Notes under the pieces: model-generated
What the model saw: only the letters and a program-made list of their open reading frames with translations
Told to the model about the DNA's origin: nothing
The model's database searches: none
Origin: a virus
Taxonomy: Duplodnaviria; Heunggongvirae; Uroviricota; Caudoviricetes
IMG/VR virus record: IMGVR_UViG_2737471855_000016
Coordinates: 1-11,988 of that record
Strand: one strand, 5' to 3'
Length of the DNA: 11,988 nucleotides
Position numbers and translations under genes: made by a program
Shown: positions 1 to 6,136 of the stretch, one piece after another
Position numbering within the stretch: position 1 is the stretch's first letter
Layout of the letters: every line of letters starts with the position of its first letter

Positions 1-900
1 ATGAAGCGTGAAGAAATCGCTGATCTGATGGCGTTTGTCGTCGTTGCAGAGGAGCGTAGCTTCACTCGTGCAGCAGCCCGCCTGAGCATGGCGCAGTCAG
101 CTTTAAGCCAGATAGTGCGTCGTATAGAAGAACGATTGGGATTGCGGCTTCTGACGCGAACCACGCGCAGCGTTGTTCCAACTGAAGCGGGCGAGCATCT
201 TTTGTCTGTTCTTGGCCCTATGTTGCATGACATAGATTCAGCCATGGCATCCCTGAGCGATCTGCAGAACCGCCCATCCGGGACAATACGTATTACTACT
301 GTAGAACATGCAGCAAAAACGATATTGTTACCAGCAATGCGCACATTCCTGAAATCGCATCCTGAAATTGATATTCAGCTCACCATTGATTATGGTTTGA
401 CCGATGTCGTTTCTGAACGTTTTGATGCAGGCGTCCGTCTGGGTGGGGAGATGGATAAAGATATGATCGCCATTCGAATCGGGCCAGATATACCAATGGC
501 TATTGTTGGCTCACCGGATTATTTTTCTCGCCGAAGTGTTCCAACGTCAGTGTCACAATTAATAGATCATCAGGCAATTAATTTGTATCTTCCCACATCG
601 GGTACAGCAAATCGCTGGAGATTAATACGCGGTGGACGTGAAGTTCGTGTTCGCATGGAAGGTCAGCTTTTACTGAATACGATAGACCTGATCATTGATG
701 CTGCAATTGATGGGCATGGATTGGCGTATCTACCTTATGATCAGGTTGAGCGGGCTATTAAAGAAAAAAAACTGATACGTGTTTTGGATAAATTCACACC
801 AGATTTACCCGGTTATCACCTGTACTATCCACACCGTCGACATGCTGGCTCGGCATTCTCATTATTTATAGATAGGCTGAAGTATAAAGGTGCTGTTTAG
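1..900 (+). CDS. LysR-family transcriptional regulator (host gene flanking the island)
   Basis: 299-aa ORF starting at base 1 with a typical LysR N-terminal HTH (FVVVAEERSFTRAAARLSMAQSALSQ...) and a LysR-type co-inducer domain length. GC content looks higher than in the region that follows. Confidence 0.9.
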   Translation: MKREEIADLMAFVVVAEERSFTRAAARLSMAQSALSQIVRRIEERLGLRLLTRTTRSVVPTEAGEHLLSVLGPMLHDIDSAMASLSDLQNRPSGTIRITTVEHAAKTILLPAMRTFLKSHPEIDIQLTIDYGLTDVVSERFDAGVRLGGEMDKDMIAIRIGPDIPMAIVGSPDYFSRRSVPTSVSQLIDHQAINLYLPTSGTANRWRLIRGGREVRVRMEGQLLLNTIDLIIDAAIDGHGLAYLPYDQVERAIKEKKLIRVLDKFTPDLPGYHLYYPHRRHAGSAFSLFIDRLKYKGAV

Positions 901-1327
901 CACTACTTGCTGATACATTAATTTAATTCTTCTCTTAACGTATTCTCAGTTCCTTTCAACGTTTTGGTCATTTTTTATTCTTCGTACAATGGCGACAGAT
1001 GCTGATTATGATACCGAAAACGGGTTTGAACGTGCGAAGCCCGAACGTAGTGTTCGGAGTTCTATGTGCTTTACCGCATTTTGGAGACTATTATTTACAC
1101 TAAATCTGATTTGATATATTGATACTTAAAACATTTGATGCTTCCTTTGTCACTTTTTGGATGTAGGGTACATTTCTTACCTGTTTGTATGTTCTGGTGT
1201 CGTTTCATAGTCTTTTCAATGAGTTGTGATTTTATGAGTTTCCTCTCTTTGCTTGATAATGAGTTAGTTTATCGCTTGTTATTGGCTTGAATGGACTACA
1301 TGACGGACTAAAAAATGAGGGCGATAG

Positions 1328-2566
1328 ATGTCGGTAAAGCCATTAACCGTGACTGAAGTTAAGGGGATGAAACCACGTGAAAAGGACTATGCCGTTTATG
1401 ATGGGTTCGGTTTATTGCTGAATGTGAGTAAAGCCGGTGGGAAAGTGTGGCGTTTCCGTTATAGCCATCCGATAACGAAGAAACGGCAGACATACACGAT
1501 AGGACGTTTTCCTGAATTCTCACTCGCGGAAGCACGGGAAGTACGTGATGAACTTCGGCGAATGATTGCACGTGGAGTTGATCCAGTGACGGAGAAGAAA
1601 AATCGTAAAATTGAGATGTCACTAAAAAATCTACAGACATTTGAAGCTGTTGCTAATGCATGGTTCGCTTTTAAAAAGGGATCTGAATTGCGGAAACCTA
1701 CGCTGTATAATATCGAATATGAAGTATACAAATATCTTGTTCCTTTCTTTGGTAAGTACAGTATAGAAAAAATTACAGCACCAGTAGCTATTAATGCTCT
1801 GGATGCCGTATCCGATAAGAATGCGTTGCAAAAAAAATTAATATCAAGATTAAATGAAATTATGAATTATGCTGTAAATTGTGGAACATTGAAAACAAAT
1901 CCATTACTTAAGATAAAGACTGCATTCACAGGAAAGAAAAATAAATCATTAGCAGCACTACCTGTTGAAAGATTGCCTGAATTTCTGAGCTGGTGGGATA
2001 GTGTGCCTCATACCTATCAAATAGCTCATAATGCACTTTTATTCCAGATATTGACAATGGTCAGGCCAGGTGAGGCGATTAAAGCAGAGTGGTCAGAGAT
2101 TGATTTTGATTCTGGCTTGTGGATTATCCCCGCGCATAAAATGAAATGCCATCGTGAACATGTTGTTCCCTTGTCATCACAGGCTATTAGTATCCTCAGA
2201 ACAATGCAGGAAATAAAAAGAGGGCGTTATGTGTTTTTTTCCTCCAGAACAAAAGATGCGCCTATGGGGAGGAATACTATCAAGACCCCAATTGCTGCCA
2301 GCAAGTTCAAAGGGATTGTAACGTTACATGGTTTTCGTTCAATGTGGAGTACGCTTTTAAATGAGGAGGGATTTAACCCCGATGTAATCGAGGCTGCATT
2401 GGCGCATAAAAGTGGTGATAAAATAAGAGATATTTATAATAGAACTATTTATCTAGAACAGCGTAAGATCATGATGCAATGGGTCGGTGATTTTTTTGAT
2501 GATGCGAGAAAAGGGGTAATTAATAGATCCGGTGGTATGAAAGGTTTAAGAGTTGTAAATGGTTGA
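1328..2566 (+). CDS. int: Tyrosine site-specific integrase, P4/CP4-57 type
   Basis: 412-aa ORF with the P4-type N-terminal arm-binding pattern (KDYAVYDGFGLLLNVSKAGGKVWRFRY) and the C-terminal catalytic region (HGFRSMWSTLL...IRDIYNR). SD-like GAGGG lies 6 nt upstream of the ATG. Confidence 0.93.
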   Translation: MSVKPLTVTEVKGMKPREKDYAVYDGFGLLLNVSKAGGKVWRFRYSHPITKKRQTYTIGRFPEFSLAEAREVRDELRRMIARGVDPVTEKKNRKIEMSLKNLQTFEAVANAWFAFKKGSELRKPTLYNIEYEVYKYLVPFFGKYSIEKITAPVAINALDAVSDKNALQKKLISRLNEIMNYAVNCGTLKTNPLLKIKTAFTGKKNKSLAALPVERLPEFLSWWDSVPHTYQIAHNALLFQILTMVRPGEAIKAEWSEIDFDSGLWIIPAHKMKCHREHVVPLSSQAISILRTMQEIKRGRYVFFSSRTKDAPMGRNTIKTPIAASKFKGIVTLHGFRSMWSTLLNEEGFNPDVIEAALAHKSGDKIRDIYNRTIYLEQRKIMMQWVGDFFDDARKGVINRSGGMKGLRVVNG

Positions 2567-2579
2567 GGAGGTTCAGCAA

Positions 2580-2783
2580 ATGAATACCAATGAAGATATT
2601 TTATTTACTAAAGACGTAATGAAAATCTTGCGATATGGAGCAATGAGTGCATTCATCAATTTCTGGAAAGATGAGAATAATGGTTTTCCTCAGCCGTTCA
2701 GAATTGGACGACGACATACCTGGCACCGTAGAGATGTAGAAGCATGGTTAGATAAACAACGAGAACAAGCCAATCCCCACTAA
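2580..2783 (+). CDS. alpA: AlpA/excisionase-like HTH regulator
   Basis: Small ORF directly after int with the AlpA/Xis-like pattern (ILRYGAMSAF...GFPQPFRIGRRHTWHRRDVEAWL). A strong SD (GAGGAGG) sits 8 nt upstream of the ATG at 2580. An alternative in-frame ATG at 2559 overlaps the int stop (ATGGTTGA). Confidence 0.7.
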   Translation: MNTNEDILFTKDVMKILRYGAMSAFINFWKDENNGFPQPFRIGRRHTWHRRDVEAWLDKQREQANPH

Positions 2784-2796
2784 TAATATCTTTCAT

Positions 2797-2822
2797 ACCC
2801 CGCGTGCAATGCGGGGTTTTTT
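2797..2822 (+). terminator. Rho-independent terminator after alpA
   Basis: Stem ACCCCGC / GCGGGGT with a 7-nt loop, followed by TTTTTT. Confidence 0.7.
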
Positions 2823-2937
2823 GTATGTGAGGTAAAAAAGAAATGAATAAAAATATTGCCGTGACGGGCAAGGGTGACGCACGTCATGTAAAAAAATCTG
2901 TGATTTTCGTGATCTGGTCGTTCTGCGCTTTGATAGT

Positions 2938-3420
2938 GTGAACGTTCGCGTGGTGTATCTGAACGGCGATCCGTGGTTTGTTGCAAAGGATGTCTGCGCT
3001 GCGCTGGAACTGACCAATTCGCGTACGGCGTTGCAGATGCTTGATGATGATGAAAAGGGAGTAAATTTAACTTACACCCCAGGAGGAAATCAGAATATGA
3101 GCATTATCTCTGAGTCAGGTTTCTACAAACTAATAGCCCGTAGCCGCAAAGCAACGACGCAAGGCACATTCGCCCATCGTTTCAGTAACTGGGTATTCAG
3201 AAATGTGATACCGGGTATCAGAAAAACGGGGGCTTATGGTATCCCGTGGGGTGCATTACAGGATTTTTCCCGCCGCAAAGAGCAATACCAGATAAGTGCC
3301 AGCGAGAAGGGGAGGGCGCTACAGGCATGTAAGCGCAAAAAACGTGAACTGGAGGAAGAAGAAAAAAGGCTGATACGTGAATATCAGCCTGAGTTTTACT
3401 TTGGTGAGCGTATTCAGTAA
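2938..3420 (+). CDS. Bro-N domain protein (antirepressor-type), N-terminus apparently disrupted or frameshifted
   Basis: Strong Bro-N pattern (VRVVYLNGDPWFVAKDVCAALEL...LDDDEKGV...TPGGNQNMSIISESGFYKLI...FSNWVFRNVIPGIRKTGAY). The GTG at 2938 has no SD. In-frame codons upstream (DLVVLRFDSV) still look like the first Bro-N strand but have no canonical start. See the finding at 2843-2941. Confidence 0.75.
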   Translation: MNVRVVYLNGDPWFVAKDVCAALELTNSRTALQMLDDDEKGVNLTYTPGGNQNMSIISESGFYKLIARSRKATTQGTFAHRFSNWVFRNVIPGIRKTGAYGIPWGALQDFSRRKEQYQISASEKGRALQACKRKKRELEEEEKRLIREYQPEFYFGERIQ

Positions 3421-3576
3421 CCACACGCGGTGCTGATTATACGGTACATCGTGTTAACCGAGAAGCTACCCACCAGCAAGGCAAAATCTTCTGCTAAAAA
3501 ATGACATATAGCCCGTCGTCCGGAAAGCATGAAATTTTACAAAAATGGAAAATGAAGATTTTTATTGTGCTGGTGG

Positions 3577-3609
3577 GTAAAAACAAAAAGCGCCCCGTTG
3601 CCGGAGCGC
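3577..3609 (-). terminator. Minus-strand intrinsic terminator (distal)
   Basis: On the minus strand: GCGCTCCG, GCAA loop, CGGGGCGC, then TTTTTGTTTTT. Confidence 0.55.
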
Positions 3610-3704
3610 CCTTGCGAACAATTAACCTGCTGCGAAAAAATTGGATCAGTGCAGGGGAATTATATCAACTGTGTGAAGAAGCGCCACAATTGCCGGATAA
3701 CAGG

Positions 3705-3733
3705 CAAAGAAAAGGCCACCTGTCACGGTGGCC
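3705..3733 (-). terminator. Minus-strand intrinsic terminator (proximal) after the lipoprotein ORF
   Basis: Perfect 7-bp stem GGCCACC / GGTGGCC with a 6-nt loop, followed on the minus strand by TTTTCTTTG. Confidence 0.65.
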
Positions 3734-3863
3734 CTTCAACACAAATTGCGCGTTATCCCCAACGCATGAGCATCGCCAACAATGCCATATTTGCGGCTGG
3801 TGGGCAAAGCCTGAGCGATCCTGTGATTACAGGAACTACGGCATTGTCTCGGTTAGGTAGTGC

Positions 3864-4016
3864 TCAACTTTTTTTCAACTCTACATCGCAAGCACGCCGT
3901 AATAAATCGCCCTTATCGTTTGAGCAAAGACTATTTTTCTCAAAGCATGATATTAAGAGAAAGATTGTGATAATTAAAGCAACCATCATTGGTACATGTT
4001 TTTTTAATTTTAACAT
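3864..4016 (-). CDS. Small predicted lipoprotein (50 aa), not in the ORF track
   Basis: Manual minus-strand translation gives MLKLKKHVPMMVALIITIFLLISCFEKNSLCSNDKGDLLRRACDVELKKS: basic n-region, hydrophobic h-region and an L-I-S-C lipobox. AGGAG sits 6 nt upstream of the ATG. It lies 54 nt downstream of the RHH gene ending at 4071 and is followed by two terminators. Confidence 0.5.
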   Translation of the reverse strand: MLKLKKHVPMMVALIITIFLLISCFEKNSLCSNDKGDLLRRACDVELKKS

Positions 4017-4070
4017 CTTTTACTCCTATGATTGCCGCCGCGATTCCCCACACCACGGCGCTGGTGGTTT

Positions 4071-4376
4071 TTATTCTGATTCTTTGGCCTTGCGGCGCTG
4101 TAGTTCTTCACGAGCGATGGCGATAAGTTGCCCGAGTTCTTCCGTAGCTTTAATACCAATTTTTTCCACTTGCGCCAATGCATCGAGAGAAGAAATCAGA
4201 GGATTTTCACTGCTTCCTTCTGCTTGGCGGCGGGCGATCTCCCCGCGCATGGCGGTTACTATGAATCCGGCGTTGCTTTCGCCGTCCAGTTTTACGGATT
4301 CCATGCCATCAAAAGCATCATGTGGGATACGAATTGAAATCTGTTTTGATTTGTCGTTGATAGTGTTTTTTGCCAT
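4071..4376 (-). CDS. Arc/Mnt-like ribbon-helix-helix DNA-binding protein (101 aa), paralog 1
   Basis: N-terminus KSKQISIRIPHDAFDGMESVKLDGESNAGFIVTAMRGEI matches the RHH strand-helix-helix pattern. The start is taken at the second ATG (4376), spaced 6 nt from AGGAGA; the ORF-track start at 4415 has no SD. The C-terminal tail RRKAKESE is shared with paralog 2. Confidence 0.75.
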   Translation of the reverse strand: MAKNTINDKSKQISIRIPHDAFDGMESVKLDGESNAGFIVTAMRGEIARRQAEGSSENPLISSLDALAQVEKIGIKATEELGQLIAIAREELQRRKAKESE

Positions 4377-4398
4377 GTGCATTCTCCTAAACAAAAGA

Positions 4399-4475
4399 TG
4401 TGATTCAGTATACACAAAAAAGAATCACAAAAAACACTTTACCTGTGATTCAGTTGAATTTAATTTAAATCACAC
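4399..4475. promoter_or_regulatory. Promoter/operator region of RHH paralog 1 with TGTGATTC / GAATCACA inverted repeats
   Basis: TGTGATTC at 4399-4406 and 4444-4451 with inverted partners GAATCACA at 4422-4429 and AATCACA at 4468-4474. A minus-strand -10-like TATACT is the reverse complement of 4407-4412. The -35 is not convincing. Confidence 0.5.
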
Positions 4476-4500
4476 CTCAGTAAGAGGATGTAAACGACAA

Positions 4501-4532
4501 CGCCCCGAACTGTTTGCGGCAGTAGCGGGGCG
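4501..4532 (-). terminator. Candidate minus-strand terminator/hairpin separating the two RHH units
   Basis: GC stem CGCCCCG / CGGGGCG with an 18-nt loop; on the minus strand it is followed by TTGTCGTTT, a weak U-tract. Confidence 0.35.
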
Positions 4533-4652
4533 TCTAACCAAACCATTAATTGAGGTAACGATTATGGCTATAAAAGAGCATAGCTTACTCTTTATACACA
4601 CACAAACGCCCCGGAAACGGAATAATCCGTTTCATAGTTCGGTTTTGTGCAC

Positions 4653-4880
4653 TCATCCTGGCGGTCGGTTTTTGCCGGATTTAAGCCGCCGTGGGTATTT
4701 ATCGACAAAATCTTCAAGGGCAAATTTTTCTGGTGGCACTAAGCGCGGCGCTGGTGGTGGTATTTTTGTTCTGGTTAGTTCTTCCTCAAGTCTGGCGCAG
4801 GCTTCTGACTGCCTTTGCCGGATGATTTCATCATCTTGCGTTTGCGTGTCTTGTATTGGTGATAGTGTGTTGTTGGTCAT
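4653..4880 (-). CDS. Hypothetical protein (75 aa), second gene of the RHH paralog-2 unit
   Basis: ORF with an AGGG SD-like motif 6 nt upstream, 57 nt downstream of the RHH gene at 4938-5117. Acidic N-terminus and a Pro-rich segment (PPPAPRLVPP). No family recognised. Confidence 0.55.
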   Translation of the reverse strand: MTNNTLSPIQDTQTQDDEIIRQRQSEACARLEEELTRTKIPPPAPRLVPPEKFALEDFVDKYPRRLKSGKNRPPG

Positions 4881-4937
4881 GATACTGCCCTGTAAAGCAA
4901 TGCGCCGTAGTACCTCACACCACGGCGCTGATAGTGA

Positions 4938-5117
4938 TTATTCTGATTCTTTGGTCTTGCGGCGCTGGCGGCGTTTGATCTCGCCTCGCATGGCTGTAAC
5001 GATAAATTGCGCAGTGCTCTCGCCTGTTTCTTTTACTTGCTCCATAGCCTCAACAACTTCATGCGGGGCGCGAGCCTGTAATTTCTGTGATTTGTTATTG
5101 ATATGGTCTCTTTCCAT
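4938..5117 (-). CDS. Arc/Mnt-like ribbon-helix-helix DNA-binding protein (59 aa), paralog 2; below the ORF-track size cutoff
   Basis: Manual translation gives MERDHINNKSQKLQARAPHEVVEAMEQVKETGESTAQFIVTAMRGEIKRRQRRKTKESE. From memory it is strikingly similar in pattern to P22 Arc (strand, helix A, G-x-S turn, helix B). An AAGGGA SD-like motif lies upstream. It is divergent from the replication operon. Confidence 0.7.
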   Translation of the reverse strand: MERDHINNKSQKLQARAPHEVVEAMEQVKETGESTAQFIVTAMRGEIKRRQRRKTKESE

Positions 5118-5138
5118 TTCTGGTTCCCTTTGTGATTA

Positions 5139-5217
5139 CTGGAATCCAGTATACACGAAAAAGACCAAAACAAAACGCTTGAAGTGGATTCCACTTAGTG
5201 ATTATACTGGAATCCAG
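5139..5217. promoter_or_regulatory. Divergent promoter/operator region between RHH paralog 2 and the replication operon
   Basis: Near-palindromes CTGGAATCCAG (5139-5149, 5207-5217) and GTGGATTCCAC (5185-5195). Plus-strand candidate promoter: TTGAAG (5179-5184), 18-bp spacer, TATACT (5203-5208). Minus-strand -10-like TATACT is the reverse complement of 5148-5153. Confidence 0.5.
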
Positions 5218-5313
5218 CTGAGTGTTTATCACTCAATGCAAACGAGGCTGAAAAGGATTGCCGTCCTTTCGCAGCCTCTGACCACCAACGATAGCGAAAG
5301 TATCGAGGTAGCT

Positions 5314-5517
5314 ATGAGAAATCATATCACACACCCGCAAGGGCGGGACTCACACAACCTGAATAAATACATCTGGCGTTTTATCGCCCTGAGCACGGCA
5401 CAACCGCGCGTAATCCACATCGAGGCCACCAGCGAACAGGAAGCACGCCAGCAATCCCCGGCTGGCTGCGTGATGGTATTCGCTGCCCGTATTCGTCAGG
5501 AGGTGTGCCATGCCTGA
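5314..5517 (+). CDS. Hypothetical small protein (67 aa), first gene of the replication operon
   Basis: ATG preceded by GAGGT at about 6 nt. Its stop overlaps the next start (ATGCCTGA). It shares a frame with the long spurious 3565-5517 ORF, so only this 3' segment is taken as real. Confidence 0.4.
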   Translation: MRNHITHPQGRDSHNLNKYIWRFIALSTAQPRVIHIEATSEQEARQQSPAGCVMVFAARIRQEVCHA

Positions 5518-5830
5518 CATGACCAATTACCAGTACCTGATTAATCCGCATTTTAACTGTGAGCATGATATTGCTAAAAAGGTTTATTCCGCTGCGGATG
5601 GGGCTACTAACAATATATCAATGGCTGTTGCGTCAATTGGTAGCCTGATGTGGCATGCGTCAGAAAATGAGGACTATGACGAAAAGGCCATGCGCATTGA
5701 TATGGGTAATATCGGTTTGTTACTGGCAATGCTTGGACATTTTGATATTTCGTTACGGTGCACCATTGAAAATGCCACAGATGCATTAAATGCTATAAAG
5801 AAAGCGAATACTGATTCAAATCGGGGATAA
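5510..5830 (+). CDS. Hypothetical protein (106 aa)
   Basis: Strong SD (AGGAGG) 6 nt upstream of the ATG; translationally coupled to the upstream ORF. No family recognised. Confidence 0.7.
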   Translation: MPDMTNYQYLINPHFNCEHDIAKKVYSAADGATNNISMAVASIGSLMWHASENEDYDEKAMRIDMGNIGLLLAMLGHFDISLRCTIENATDALNAIKKANTDSNRG

Positions 5831-5836
5831 ATAATC

Positions 5837-6136
5837 ATGAGAACGTATTTATCTGGCTTGACTGCCAGCGGTTATGCACACCCTAAAATTGTCCCCGGCG
5901 CTATTTATCTGGATAAGAACGGTAACAGAGTAACGGTAAAAAAACTGATGTTTGACCGTGTGTATTTTATCCGTGATGGCTATTCATTTCTTAGTTCGCT
6001 GAACGTGGAGATCTTTATTTGCAGATTCCGGCGGGAAATCCCGACTTTCAGAAATAACCGTGTGTCACGTGTGGATGTGGATAAAAAACTACAGGAACTG
6101 AAAAACATGATTGCCGCGTGGAGAGAGCAGAAATGA
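5837..6136 (+). CDS. Hypothetical protein (99 aa)
   Basis: GGGGA SD-like motif upstream; its stop overlaps the primase start (ATGA at 6133-6136). Confidence 0.6.
   Translation: MRTYLSGLTASGYAHPKIVPGAIYLDKNGNRVTVKKLMFDRVYFIRDGYSFLSSLNVEIFICRFRREIPTFRNNRVSRVDVDKKLQELKNMIAAWREQK

Noticed and set aside
901-1327. tRNA gene expected next to a P4-type integrase
   Set aside because: No cloverleaf-compatible sequence or T-loop motif (GGTTCGAATCC-like) was seen on either strand.
1359-1831. Three minus-strand ORFs (93, 90 and 66 aa) inside the integrase gene
   Set aside because: They are antisense to a strongly supported integrase gene, with no SD sequences and a biased low-complexity composition.
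2793-3424. Minus-strand ORFs 2780-2986, 2793-3017 and 3218-3424
   Set aside because: They overlap the alpA terminator and the Bro-N coding region on the opposite strand and have no start signals.
3501-3860. 119-aa plus-strand ORF after the Bro-N gene
   Set aside because: No SD upstream, low-complexity random-looking sequence, and it overlaps the minus-strand terminators and the operator-like palindrome. Judged to be a chance ORF.
3565-5517. 650-aa plus-strand ORF spanning the regulatory block
   Set aside because: It runs antisense through two well-supported minus-strand genes with SD sequences, promoters and terminators, and has an implausible Cys/Ser/Arg-rich composition with no recognisable domain. 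Only its last 67 codons (5314-5517) are kept as a possible real gene.
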